Shown: positions 17,802 through 27,612 of the stretch, piece by piece
Numbering within the stretch: position 1 is the first letter of the stretch
Layout of the letters: each line of letters begins with the position of its first letter
IMG/VR virus record: IMGVR_UViG_3300035670_000112
Location: 1-64,000 of that record
Length of the DNA stretch: 64,000 nucleotides
Origin: a virus
Strand: one strand, 5' to 3'
Notes under the pieces: generated by a model
The model's input: only the letters and a program-made list of their open reading frames with translations
Database searches by the model: none
Told to the model about the DNA's origin: nothing
Program-made: the position numbers and the translations under genes

Positions 17802-18380
17802 ATGGGAATGAGTAAGATAGGAGTTGATGTGAAGTTGATGGAGGAGAGTGGATTCACTCCTAATGAATTGTTCTATCTGTTGAAATTGAAGGACAATAAC
17901 AGTTCGATCCTTGGAAATATGTCCAATCTCAAGTATCTTTGTGATAAGGGAATGCTCACTGATGACGGGATGATAACCGATGAGGGGGTCCGTCTTGTGA
18001 ATGCGATATTCCTTTCAGTGGAAGGTAAGTTCATGCCGACAGGTGCCACAAGCAGCCTTGAGGAGCTATGCAGACAGTACAGGGAGCTTTTCCCGATAGG
18101 TGTCAAATCTGCAGGTCATCCAGTAAGGGGCAACATGGTGAACATAATGAGAAAGATGAGAAGATTCCGTGAGGAGTTCCCTCAGTTCTCAGACGATGTG
18201 ATACTTCAGGCCACCAGAAGATACGTGACCGAGAAGCAAAGGGAGGGATATGCATACATGAAGGTTGCAGAGTATCTGATCTATAAGGATACCTCATCAC
18301 TTCTTGCATCCCTCTGTGATTCGATGATAGAGAATGGACAGACAGCAGGAGAGGAGACCCGATGGGGCAGATCTGTTTGA
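17802..18380 (+). CDS. Putative replication initiation / helicase-loader-like protein
   Basis: Located immediately before dnaB. The N-terminus is wHTH-like and the C-terminal ILQATRRYV...YMKVAEYLIYK resembles phage replisome organisers. Confidence 0.5.
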   Translation: MGMSKIGVDVKLMEESGFTPNELFYLLKLKDNNSSILGNMSNLKYLCDKGMLTDDGMITDEGVRLVNAIFLSVEGKFMPTGATSSLEELCRQYRELFPIGVKSAGHPVRGNMVNIMRKMRRFREEFPQFSDDVILQATRRYVTEKQREGYAYMKVAEYLIYKDTSSLLASLCDSMIENGQTAGEETRWGRSV

Positions 18381-18849
18381 GATAGCACTCAGACAGATAA
18401 GGGAGAGACAGGAACGTGCCGCACTTGGGAATGCCAACTGCATTCCGTTCCCGTTCAAACGGACATCACATTACTACCCTGGCATAGAGAAGGGTACATA
18501 TGTGATATGCACTGCGAACTCGGGAGTAGGCAAGTCGAAGCTCGCAAGGTATCTTTATGTGATATCAACATATGAGTTCATCAAGGAGAACCCTGATATC
18601 GACATCAGACTGAGGATATTCTACTTCAGTCTTGAGGAGAGCAGGGAGAAATTCATGATGTCCATCATATCGTACTGGCTTTTCAGAAAGTACAACATAA
18701 GGGTATCGATAAAGCAGTTGAGATCCGTAGGTGAGATAGGCAGTTATCTTTCAGATGACATAATATCGAAGATAGAGGAGGGAAGGGAATATTTTTCAGA
18801 CCTTGAGAGGTATGTCACCATAATCGATGACATATCGAACCCTACAGGT
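18334..18849 (+). CDS. dnaB: DnaB-like replicative helicase, exon 1
   Basis: ANSGVGKS (Walker A), FYFSLEES; exon ends ...SNPTG. Confidence 0.85.
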
Positions 18850-18868
18850 AAAAATATTTAGTATAAAA

Positions 18869-18900
18869 TTTGGAATTTTGAGTTGTATATATTATCTTTG
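18869..18900 (+). promoter_or_regulatory. Intron-internal Bacteroidota-type promoter for the endonuclease
   Basis: TTTG (18869-72), 20 nt, TATCTTTG (18893-18900), 18 nt before ATG 18919. Confidence 0.5.
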
Positions 18901-18918
18901 TATCAAAATATTGATATA

Positions 18919-19692
18919 ATGGTAGGGATATACAAAATAACAAGTCCTAATGGACGTGTTTATATAGGGCAGAGTAAGAATCTTGAAGAAAGATTAAGAT
19001 ATTACTCTCTAAAAAGTTCTATAAATCAGGTGAAACTGCACAGATCTTTTAAAAAATATGGAATAAAATCCCATAAATTTGAGATAATTGAGCAGTGCTT
19101 GAAGGAAGAACTGAACAACAGGGAAAGGTATTGGCAAGAATATTATGAAGTATTGACCAAGGGACTTAACTGTCAATTAACAACTTCTGAAAATGCTCCC
19201 CATGAGATGTCTGAGGAATACAAAGAAGCCATAAGTACTACTTTAAAAAGAAAGTATGCAGAAGGAAAAATTGTAAATCCAAGGAAAAATTGCGGAAAAA
19301 TGTTGGATATGTATGATTCTTATGGGAATATTCTCAAAAGAGGATTGTATGTAGAAGAAGCAGTTGATTATTTGAATGTTTCAAATAGATCTGTAATAAA
19401 TAATGGGATCCGTATCGGAAACATTCATATTACAAATAATGATCAGATTGTAATACCTCATAATAAAAATCTTGTTAATACAATGGTTAAGTATGTTACT
19501 GTACATAAAAAAGGAAGAGTACCTCTATATCAAATATTTGAAAATGGAGATATAATCCGATGTTCAGGAGCTTCTAAACATAAAGTTGTTCAAAAAGTGC
19601 TTAATTCCAAAGATCTTATGTATTATAGTAAGAAAAATAATTCTTACTATACTTTTATAGGATTGCTAAATAATTGCCCCTTTATGCAGTAA
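18919..19692 (+). CDS. GIY-YIG homing endonuclease
   Basis: MVGIYKITSPNGRVYIGQS...R...LNNRERYWQ...GLN. Confidence 0.92.
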   Translation: MVGIYKITSPNGRVYIGQSKNLEERLRYYSLKSSINQVKLHRSFKKYGIKSHKFEIIEQCLKEELNNRERYWQEYYEVLTKGLNCQLTTSENAPHEMSEEYKEAISTTLKRKYAEGKIVNPRKNCGKMLDMYDSYGNILKRGLYVEEAVDYLNVSNRSVINNGIRIGNIHITNNDQIVIPHNKNLVNTMVKYVTVHKKGRVPLYQIFENGDIIRCSGASKHKVVQKVLNSKDLMYYSKKNNSYYTFIGLLNNCPFMQ

Positions 19693-19995
19693 TGTTTAAA
19701 AGGTAATTCCGTGAATTGCTGGAAAGCTAAGTAGAATACATTACAATAGCAGAGATCTCCAATTGAGGATGCCATTCTGTGAGCAATGTATTTTATATGC
19801 CGATCAGCAGCCAAGGTTCTCAGAAATGAGTTCAAGGTTCAACGACTAACACATGGAGTCTAAACAGGTAATGCTGTAGACGGTAAAGTGACACGAGCGC
19901 GGAACATCCTATTCGCAATAGGATGATGATATAGTCTGAGCTTATGGGAAACCATAAGAACCAAGAGATAAAAAGCTTTTGGGATAACACAACTG

Positions 19996-20616
19996 ATTTT
20001 CAAGTACATGAAGACCTACAACGAGCAGAGAGGCTCATGGTCGAAGAAGACCATAATCGTGGATGGAGAGCCCAAGGAGGTGAACGATTCGTATACACCT
20101 GACGATCCCAACGAATACGTGATAGTGATCACTGACCATATAGGTCTGTTGAGGAATGAGAAGGGGATGAACAAGTATGATACGATAGGGAAATTCTCCT
20201 CCGAACACTGCATAGAGCTGCGTAACAAATATGGCAACATAGTCGTGAATGTGCAGCAGCAGTCTGCGGAGAAGGAGAAGAAACAGTTCACCTTCAAGGG
20301 AAGTTCGATAGCTGAGAAACTGGAACCGTCACTTGACGGTCTAGGGGACAACAAGTCAACGGCAAGGGATGCAGATGATGTGTTCGCGCTGTTCGCCCCT
20401 GACAGATATCAGATGGACGAATGTGACGGATACAAGGTCGATGTACTTCAGGACCATTTCAGACTCTTCATGATACTCAAGAGCAGGGATGGGGAGTCCA
20501 ACATAAGGACACCTCTCTTCTTCGATGGTGCGGTGAACTATTTCACAGAGCTTCCAAAGGTGACGGACCTTGACAGTATGAACAAGGTCTACGAATATGT
20601 AAAATCAATTCAATGA
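19996..20616 (+). CDS. dnaB: DnaB-like replicative helicase, exon 2
   Basis: IVITDHIGLL (Walker B), VQQQ, DADDVFAL, ILKSRDG. Confidence 0.85.
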   Translation: MFKYMKTYNEQRGSWSKKTIIVDGEPKEVNDSYTPDDPNEYVIVITDHIGLLRNEKGMNKYDTIGKFSSEHCIELRNKYGNIVVNVQQQSAEKEKKQFTFKGSSIAEKLEPSLDGLGDNKSTARDADDVFALFAPDRYQMDECDGYKVDVLQDHFRLFMILKSRDGESNIRTPLFFDGAVNYFTELPKVTDLDSMNKVYEYVKSIQ

Positions 20617-21323
20617 GCGCAATAGCAATTCTGGTCGTAGGACCAAGCGGTGTAGGTAAGAGTACATCGATGATGAACCTTGATCCAAAGAGCACATACA
20701 TCATAAATGTGCAGGGCAAGGCATTGCCCTTTCCTAAGGGAAGGGAATATGTGAAGGTACAGAAAGGTGCTGCACCTGATACGGGTAACATGTATGTGAC
20801 CGATGACGCATTGACGATAATCAATGTCATGAACTTCATAAGCAACAAGATGCCGCAGATAAGGACGGTCGTCATTGACGATTTCCAGTACACTGCTGCA
20901 AATGAGTTCATGAGAAAGGCGGAGATCAAGGGTTACGACAAGTATACACAGATAGGTAAGCACATATGGGAACTTGCGAATGCCCCATCTGAACTCAGGG
21001 ACGATCTGATAGTGATCTACCTGACACATGATGAGGACATAACCGATTCAAGCGGTATCAAGAGGCGTAAGGCTAAGACCATCGGCAAGATGGTCGACAA
21101 CGTGATCACCCTTGAAGGCATGTTCACCATCGTACTCTATGCAGATGTGGAAGCGAAGGATGACAACGGGGTCAAGAGACTGTGGAATCACTTCGTGACA
21201 CAGAATGTCGGGGACACGACATGCAAATCCCCCATGGGAATGTTCCCCTCACTGAAGATCGGTAACGATCTCAATGAGGTTGTGAACACTGTGAACAACT
21301 ATTACGGAAAAGGGTCCTTATAA
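20613..21323 (+). CDS. AAA/P-loop ATPase (Sak4/AAA_24-like recombination protein)
   Basis: GPSGVGKS, VVIDD, TCKSPMGMF. Confidence 0.8.
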   Translation: MSAIAILVVGPSGVGKSTSMMNLDPKSTYIINVQGKALPFPKGREYVKVQKGAAPDTGNMYVTDDALTIINVMNFISNKMPQIRTVVIDDFQYTAANEFMRKAEIKGYDKYTQIGKHIWELANAPSELRDDLIVIYLTHDEDITDSSGIKRRKAKTIGKMVDNVITLEGMFTIVLYADVEAKDDNGVKRLWNHFVTQNVGDTTCKSPMGMFPSLKIGNDLNEVVNTVNNYYGKGSL

Positions 21324-21351
21324 CAATTAACAATTCAATTCAATTCAAAGA

Positions 21352-21696
21352 ATGTCAAATTCAGAAAAGAAGAAGATCTCCATCAGTGAGGTCAAGCAGC
21401 TCTGTGCAAGAGGTTATGCACGTACAACGGATGCCAATAATTATGACAGTTCAGTAGGTTCCATCGAGGAATATTACGGACTTCCTAAGGATCAGGTGAA
21501 ACTGATGTTCACACATCCTGCGTTGAAAGGTGTACGTACACTTACAAGGAAGGCGGAGTTGTTCGAACTCGTTGAGGATACGATCACAGAGGAGACAGTG
21601 ATCACTGTCAACAATGAGGACAACGTTGAGAACGAGGTCACAGCTCCGTTCCAACCAGTAGGATATCAGGAACAGTTCACAGATAGCTTTGCATAA
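21352..21696 (+). CDS. Hypothetical protein
   Basis: 114 aa with an acidic tail. Confidence 0.7.
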   Translation: MSNSEKKKISISEVKQLCARGYARTTDANNYDSSVGSIEEYYGLPKDQVKLMFTHPALKGVRTLTRKAELFELVEDTITEETVITVNNEDNVENEVTAPFQPVGYQEQFTDSFA

Positions 21697-22502
21697 TGGC
21701 GATAGGAGTAAGAGATTCGAATGAGAACGTAACAGGGGGACGTAAACTCTACACTGGTGCCACTTTCGTAAAGGTGGTCGCCATCAATCCAACGGTACAG
21801 GAGATGCATGCACAGCTCGGTTTCGAGGAACCGAAGGCACCTACCCCCTATGTGGACAAGGACGATACTGGCAACGACCGTATACGCATTGACGTATGGG
21901 TGAAGAATGATGACATCCTTCAGAAGGAGGCGTTCTTCATTGCCCGTAAGGATGTGACATCATCCTCTGGCAAGGTACAGTTCGTGAACAACTACGCACA
22001 GTTCTGCTATGCCGACCCTCAGGAGGGACCACAGTATGAGTGGTTCAGCAAGGAAGGACTCAGAAAGGCGTACAACGGTGAGGAACAGTTCATCGAGTTC
22101 GTACGTGCATGGGTGAACCATAAGGGAGGTAAGAAGGGTGAGCAGTTGTACTTTGACAACTGGAATGCCCTTTTCACAGGCAACTTCAATGAGCTGAAGC
22201 AGCTTGTGTCACTTACGAACGATCCATCGAAACCTGCCCCTAATATGGTAGGTGTACTGATGGGTGTACGCAAAGTGGACGTTGAGGGCACTGAACGCAT
22301 GTATCAGTCGATGTACCGCAGGAAGTTCGTCCGTACCTACCAGAGTCTTTCAGTGGAGTTCCAGAAGGCACTTGCTGAAGAATACGGGGAGTTCAAGAGC
22401 GACTATCAGAAGGACCTGACATGGAAGGAGTACGATCCGTCTGCGATCACCGTCCCTACAGGAGCTGAGAGTCCGTCAACTGCAACCACTCCTTGGATGT
22501 AA
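21696..22502 (+). CDS. Putative single-stranded DNA-binding protein
   Basis: YTG...VKVVAINPT start, position between the AAA ATPase and primase, C-terminal PW; resembles crAss-like SSBs. Confidence 0.55.
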   Translation: MAIGVRDSNENVTGGRKLYTGATFVKVVAINPTVQEMHAQLGFEEPKAPTPYVDKDDTGNDRIRIDVWVKNDDILQKEAFFIARKDVTSSSGKVQFVNNYAQFCYADPQEGPQYEWFSKEGLRKAYNGEEQFIEFVRAWVNHKGGKKGEQLYFDNWNALFTGNFNELKQLVSLTNDPSKPAPNMVGVLMGVRKVDVEGTERMYQSMYRRKFVRTYQSLSVEFQKALAEEYGEFKSDYQKDLTWKEYDPSAITVPTGAESPSTATTPWM

Positions 22503-22520
22503 TTCACCAAATGTCCTGAT

Positions 22521-23459
22521 ATGGCCATCATTGTAAACCCTGATATAAGCATCACCTCAATATTCTCAAGGGTGTCCCAGATGGACATATACCGAAGATA
22601 TCTGGGTGATGTGAGCCTGAAGAGGATGATCTCATCCCCATTGAGAAGTGGGGACAGCGATCCCTCGTTCAGACTGTATACAGGTAGCAATGGTGACATC
22701 AGGTTCGTTGATTACGGCACAGGCATGAGAGGGGGAGTGATCGATCTTGTATCACTCCTCCATCCCATGCTGGATCTCAAAGGTGTCCTTCTGAGAATAT
22801 GGGATGACATGGGATGCGAATACATCCCATCGTCCATCGTCAGAACACGGAAGGTCACCGACACTCCACAGTTCCCAGAGATACTTGTAAGGAAGCGAAG
22901 GCCAGACATGCAGGATATCATGCTCTGGGAGAGATGGGGAATAGATCCATCCACCTTGGAGCATTTCAGGGTATCCCCGATATCGAAGTTCTGGATAGGA
23001 GGATCGGCATATGTCTGTAGGACCCTTACATATGCATACGATCTTTCGACCGAATGGAAGATATACAGACCCTTTGAGAAGGTGATGAGATTCGTATCTG
23101 GGGGAATGACCCTTCAAGGATACGATCTTCTGCCTTCCTCAGGGGAACTGTGTGTGATACAGAAGTCCTATAAGGATGTGATGTTCATGCACACGATGGG
23201 AATACCCTCATTCGCACCTCAGGCGGAATCGATAGATGTTCCCTCCCATACGATGAGGGAACTGTCACAGAGGTTCAGTCGTATCGTCATATGGGGAGAC
23301 CCCGATGAGGCAGGAATGCTGTTCTCAAAACGTCATGTGGACGCATTTGGGATAGAGAGCGTTATGAACAATGACGGTACAAAGGACATCACTGACAGTT
23401 GCTCAGAGTACGGAAGGGAACATGCCGTATCAATGGCAAGGCATGTACTCAATATCTGA
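22521..23459 (+). CDS. dnaG: DNA primase (DnaG-like, TOPRIM)
   Basis: SSPLRSGDSDPSF...FVDYGTG..GGVID N-terminal domain; KSYKDV, GDPDEAG, KDITD. Confidence 0.8.
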   Translation: MAIIVNPDISITSIFSRVSQMDIYRRYLGDVSLKRMISSPLRSGDSDPSFRLYTGSNGDIRFVDYGTGMRGGVIDLVSLLHPMLDLKGVLLRIWDDMGCEYIPSSIVRTRKVTDTPQFPEILVRKRRPDMQDIMLWERWGIDPSTLEHFRVSPISKFWIGGSAYVCRTLTYAYDLSTEWKIYRPFEKVMRFVSGGMTLQGYDLLPSSGELCVIQKSYKDVMFMHTMGIPSFAPQAESIDVPSHTMRELSQRFSRIVIWGDPDEAGMLFSKRHVDAFGIESVMNNDGTKDITDSCSEYGREHAVSMARHVLNI

Positions 23460-23824
23460 TGGCATCAAGGAACAGAAATGCAGGTCACGGCTGGGAAAGG
23501 GAATGCAGGGAACTGCTTCTCAGATATTTTCCCAATGTGAAGACCTCAAGGGCAGAATCCAAAAGCAGGGATGATGAGAAGGTGGACCTGTGCAATACTG
23601 GACATCTGAACATCCAGTGCAAGAATGTCTGTACAAGGGTGAACTATGTGGATCTACTCAATGAGATGCCTGATGAGGAAGGTCAGATCAATATGATCTT
23701 CGAGAAGAAGACCCGCAAGACCCCTTCAGGGAGATTCCTCATGGAAGGCAAATATGTGCATCTCAGACTGGAGGACATGTTGAAACTGATGGACATCATT
23801 CATCTGGACACGGATAGAAAGTAG
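23459..23824 (+). CDS. Holliday junction resolvase-like PD-(D/E)xK nuclease
   Basis: RNRNAGHGWERE...KVDL...IQCK. Confidence 0.75.
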   Translation: MASRNRNAGHGWERECRELLLRYFPNVKTSRAESKSRDDEKVDLCNTGHLNIQCKNVCTRVNYVDLLNEMPDEEGQINMIFEKKTRKTPSGRFLMEGKYVHLRLEDMLKLMDIIHLDTDRK

Positions 23825-23827
23825 AAC

Positions 23828-24094
23828 ATGTTCGGCAACTCATTATCCAGCGGAACTGTCGAGGAGCTTGCGAAGCTTCTCAAAATGGATATCGACAATG
23901 TGATGAATTCCAACATCGATACATTGCGATACAATGTGGAGGAACTCTATGATATTGCAGAGGAGAATGTGATGGCATCTGCAATGAACGGGGACTCAAT
24001 AAGACCAGAGACGGAACGTTTCACTCACGTTAAAGGGGTATATTCCCTGCTGATGGGTGATATCGAGAACCTTCTCAACAGAACAATAGTATAG
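23828..24094 (+). CDS. Hypothetical protein
   Basis: 88 aa. Confidence 0.6.
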   Translation: MFGNSLSSGTVEELAKLLKMDIDNVMNSNIDTLRYNVEELYDIAEENVMASAMNGDSIRPETERFTHVKGVYSLLMGDIENLLNRTIV

Positions 24095-24107
24095 AATCAA
24101 TAGAAAA

Positions 24108-24710
24108 ATGACAATTTACATCAAACACGCAGGAAATTCAAAACCATTGGAGGTTGATTTCACAGGCACGACATTCGGTGAACTCAAGGCAGCAGCCCCT
24201 CAGGTCAACTGGGAGAACACGAATGTCATCATCCATTCGACACGTACACAGTTGATCAATGACAGTTCATTGATCCCGAATCAGGACAATCTGATCCTGT
24301 TGGTGGTACCTGCACGTAACAAGGCAGGTGCACTGCCATATGCCTCACTGAAGCGGAATGATCTCCTTTCAGAGGTCAGAACGATCATCTCACAGGATCC
24401 CAATGCCTCCTCATACTTCGGGAACTACCCTCAGATGAAGACGGCTGCGATCCTTTCCCTTCTGAACGGTTACTCGTCAACTGCTTCCACTTCAAGTGCA
24501 GATGAACCTCTCATCTCATCGATCGATGAGTTCAAGGTCCTTGAGCAGAAGTACGTTCAGTTGGTCAATGCAGTGAGCGATCTCAACGCATCGTTGGGAG
24601 CACTCGGCAATGTGATCTTTTCAGAGCAGCCTGAGGAGAGTGTCGGAGGAGTGAAGCTCAGTGAGCTTGATGCCGACTTCAGTTTCTTTGAGGCATCCCT
24701 CAGAGGTTGA
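24108..24710 (+). CDS. Putative ubiquitin-like (beta-grasp) protein with C-terminal extension
   Basis: The N-terminal ~74 aa fit a beta-grasp pattern (TIYIK, LEVDF, TTFGELK, LIP, LILLVVP) ending in NKAG; lies upstream of E2/JAB/ThiF genes. Confidence 0.6.
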   Translation: MTIYIKHAGNSKPLEVDFTGTTFGELKAAAPQVNWENTNVIIHSTRTQLINDSSLIPNQDNLILLVVPARNKAGALPYASLKRNDLLSEVRTIISQDPNASSYFGNYPQMKTAAILSLLNGYSSTASTSSADEPLISSIDEFKVLEQKYVQLVNAVSDLNASLGALGNVIFSEQPEESVGGVKLSELDADFSFFEASLRG

Positions 24711-24725
24711 TGGTATACCGATATG

Positions 24726-24768
24726 ATGGAAGGGGAGGCACAGGTTGCCTTCCTTTCCATTTTTTTTT
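24726..24768 (+). terminator. Intrinsic terminator after the Ubl gene
   Basis: ATGGAAGGGGAGGCA-CAGGT-TGCCTTCCTTTCCAT followed by a T-run. Confidence 0.8.
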
Positions 24769-24794
24769 ATCATTCACAGAAAAATCCATTGACA

Positions 24795-25856
24795 ATGAAA
24801 GTATTCAGAATATATTCAGAGAGGTATCAGCAGCATTTCCATTTCAAGGGGGATGGCTTCACTGCAATGCAGACGGATCTGCAGGATTTCGGGAATGACG
24901 CGGAGTTCATTGACCTTTGGAGACAGGACGACACGGACATCATGATCTTACATGCCCCCTATCAAAGGTTATTGAAGACGGTCCATGACATTCTGGAGAC
25001 CGCTGATGATCAGAAGGATCTTTCCATAATGATCAGGTCATATCCCCAACAGGAACTGTATATAACCATACGGATAGGTGATGTGATCACAGACAATTCC
25101 CTTGAGATAGGCAATCTCATAAAGGATGTGTACATCATACAGCAGATGACTCTCTCCAGAACGGGATACAGATTGAATAAACCTCTGATGAGAAGAGGTA
25201 CTTACAATGACCTTGAGATCATGAATGAGTTCATACATCCCCATTCATCGAGGGAAGGCGTAATGTGTCTTGGGAACTCTGAGTTCAGTAGAGCCTATTT
25301 TAACAGAGTGATATTCAGGTTCGACATGTTCGAATATCTGATGTACCTCAAGGCATATCTGTCATGGGAAAGTCTTGAAGGGGGTCCTTACAGAAGGACG
25401 CATGAGTATTATGACAACAGTATCGGTGTAAGGCCTAAGGTTCTCAGTGAGGGAACCATCGACAGTATCCTTAAAAGGATCGATCCCACAGGGTTCAGAC
25501 CAAGGGTGGATATCTCATCCTCATCGATGGAGATCAGGATAGAGGAGAGTGCCGTAAGGGAAATGTTCATTGCAGAAGGCGTACCGATGGCATCGCTTCA
25601 TGGTAAGATCCCATCCACGGAAAGCTTGAGTGATATCCCAAGACATGAGGTGTTCTCCAAACATCTTCTCCTAAAGATAAGATTCAGGGACGTTGAGATC
25701 GTTCCCCAGAGTGAAAGGTTCGATCCAGAGGTGTACAGGGAATATCTTGACAGCGTGTTCTCCTATGTTCCCAGTATCTACATAAAACAGTTGGAACACA
25801 GACTTCAGAGTGAACTTATAGCAACATCACCAGAATTCAAATATGAATTGATATGA
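24795..25856 (+). CDS. Putative prokaryotic E2-like (UBC-fold) protein
   Basis: FIHPHSSREGVMCLG resembles the E2 HPN...GxICL catalytic motif; located between Ubl and JAB genes. Confidence 0.55.
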   Translation: MKVFRIYSERYQQHFHFKGDGFTAMQTDLQDFGNDAEFIDLWRQDDTDIMILHAPYQRLLKTVHDILETADDQKDLSIMIRSYPQQELYITIRIGDVITDNSLEIGNLIKDVYIIQQMTLSRTGYRLNKPLMRRGTYNDLEIMNEFIHPHSSREGVMCLGNSEFSRAYFNRVIFRFDMFEYLMYLKAYLSWESLEGGPYRRTHEYYDNSIGVRPKVLSEGTIDSILKRIDPTGFRPRVDISSSSMEIRIEESAVREMFIAEGVPMASLHGKIPSTESLSDIPRHEVFSKHLLLKIRFRDVEIVPQSERFDPEVYREYLDSVFSYVPSIYIKQLEHRLQSELIATSPEFKYELI

Positions 25857-26941
25857 AAGACACAGTAAAGACAAAGAAATACCCAGTGATAACAACCCCT
25901 TTGAGAGGGAGGATACTGATACCTGGTGGAGTGAAAAGAAAGATCGATCAACTCCATAGGAGCATCGGTAATGTGGAGTGGGCAGGATTCATAACCTATG
26001 AGAAGACAGCAGGATCGATGTCAGTACCCAATGAACTTGTTCTCAAGGTACTGGACATATATCCCATGTCAATAGGCACACATTCCTATGTGGAGGCTGA
26101 TAATCATGCCGATGACATGTTGGACCTGTGTGACCGTGTACCGAGTTTCATGGGGTCCAGATACGGACTTGTGCATACACACCATACGATGAACACCTTC
26201 TTCAGTGGAACGGACATCGATGAACTGCATGACAACGTGGACAAGTATTCCTCATACCTGTCACTCATAGTGAACATGAAGGATGAGTATACCGCAAAGA
26301 TCGTCAGTCTTGTGGACGTATCACCTAGAATGGTATCCATAAAGGAGGAGGATGAGGAGACACGGAGTGTACAGATAGGTGACGACACGGTACAGATGCT
26401 CATGGTCGACCTTGATGTGTCCATTGAGAAGGAACATGAGGACGATCCTGTGATATCACTCAGGATAGAGGAGCTCAGAAAGAGGAACAGAGAGAAGGAG
26501 ACGGACTCTCAGAGATCCGTATCACCTACCTCAGGGACTGTGAGGACATCTTCTCCCCCTGTTCAGACAAGGTTCCCTTTCGACACATTCGACATGCCTA
26601 TGACACATCATTATTCCGTGAACAGGTTCAATGCTGAGGTATATCTGAAAAGACTTCTCAGTCTTGACGATACGGTAGGCAATGTGGATCTCTACTCACT
26701 CCTGTTGGAAGAAGCAAGGGATGCCAATGACTACCCTGACTATATCGATATCTACTACGGGGAGATCGCAGAGGAATGCTATAACATGGCAATAAAGATG
26801 GTCGGAGGTGAGAAGGCCGATGAACTCATAAAGCTTGCAGTGGAAAGACTTTCCGACTATGAGAAGGACCCCAATGTCAGCCCTGTGGTCGCCAATGTGA
26901 AGCTGATAATGTCGTCCATACTCAATGTACCCTCACTATGA
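25853..26941 (+). CDS. JAB/MPN+ metalloprotease
   Basis: EWAG ... HTHHTMNTFFSGTD (JAMM E...HxH-x7-S-x2-D). Confidence 0.8.
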   Translation: MKDTVKTKKYPVITTPLRGRILIPGGVKRKIDQLHRSIGNVEWAGFITYEKTAGSMSVPNELVLKVLDIYPMSIGTHSYVEADNHADDMLDLCDRVPSFMGSRYGLVHTHHTMNTFFSGTDIDELHDNVDKYSSYLSLIVNMKDEYTAKIVSLVDVSPRMVSIKEEDEETRSVQIGDDTVQMLMVDLDVSIEKEHEDDPVISLRIEELRKRNREKETDSQRSVSPTSGTVRTSSPPVQTRFPFDTFDMPMTHHYSVNRFNAEVYLKRLLSLDDTVGNVDLYSLLLEEARDANDYPDYIDIYYGEIAEECYNMAIKMVGGEKADELIKLAVERLSDYEKDPNVSPVVANVKLIMSSILNVPSL

Positions 26942-27612
26942 AGACAGCACACATAAGATTCAACAGTGTCGACTGGTACGGTATACCCAAGGAGATGACC
27001 GTAGGAGGTGCAGGTACCATAGGAAGTTGGCTTACCCTTCTGTTGGCAAGGTCTGGTGACCACGACATCATACTCTATGATGACGATACTGTCAGTGAGG
27101 AGAACATGGCAGGACAACTGTACGGCAGGTCGCATGTAGGCATGCCGAAGGTGGAAGCGATGAAGGATATTCTGAACGGACTTGTGGACATGTCTGGCAA
27201 CATAAGGCTGGACATATACGGCAAGAGGATACAGGAGGGCACTTACGTGTCCCCTGTATGTTTCTCGTGCTTCGATAACATGAAGGCAAGGAAGGACATG
27301 TTCAACAACTGGATGAAGAGGGATGACAGGGAACTCTTCATAGACGGTAGGATGAGCATTGAGACCTATGAGGTCTACACCGTAAGGAAAGGACAGGAGA
27401 AGGAGTATATGGAGACACTGTTCGATGACTCCGAGATACCTGATCAGATATGTTCGCTGAAGGCAACATCACATACAGGGGCACTCATTGCTGGTAGGAT
27501 GATGAGCATGTTCACCAATCATCTGGCGAACAGTGTCTCAGGAATGGACATCAGATCGGTACCATTCAGCTTCAGAGAGGATATGGAATATCACATGATA
27601 ACAACAGTATAA
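26938..27612 (+). CDS. ThiF/E1-like adenylating enzyme
   Basis: GGAGTIGS, DDDTVSEEN, PKVEA, CFDNMKAR, IDGR; candidate thioester Cys in DQICS. Confidence 0.88.
   Translation: MKTAHIRFNSVDWYGIPKEMTVGGAGTIGSWLTLLLARSGDHDIILYDDDTVSEENMAGQLYGRSHVGMPKVEAMKDILNGLVDMSGNIRLDIYGKRIQEGTYVSPVCFSCFDNMKARKDMFNNWMKRDDRELFIDGRMSIETYEVYTVRKGQEKEYMETLFDDSEIPDQICSLKATSHTGALIAGRMMSMFTNHLANSVSGMDIRSVPFSFREDMEYHMITTV

Larger units (their letters stand above)
18850..19995 (+). mobile_element. Group I intron in dnaB carrying a homing endonuclease
   Basis: Exon ends in T and intron ends in G; splicing restores NPTG|IFKYMK in frame. Core motifs GAATTGCTGGAA, ATCAGCAGCCAAG, TTCAACGACTA, GATATAGTCT (P7 GACTA/TAGTC). 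AT-rich. Confidence 0.88.

Noticed and set aside
18334-20616. Frameshift, pseudogene or intein explanation for the split dnaB
   Set aside because: The insert contains stops and group I core motifs, and its removal restores the frame exactly.
24723-24794. N-terminal extension of the E2-like ORF given in the track
   Set aside because: It runs through the terminator hairpin and T-run; ATG 24795 is more plausible.
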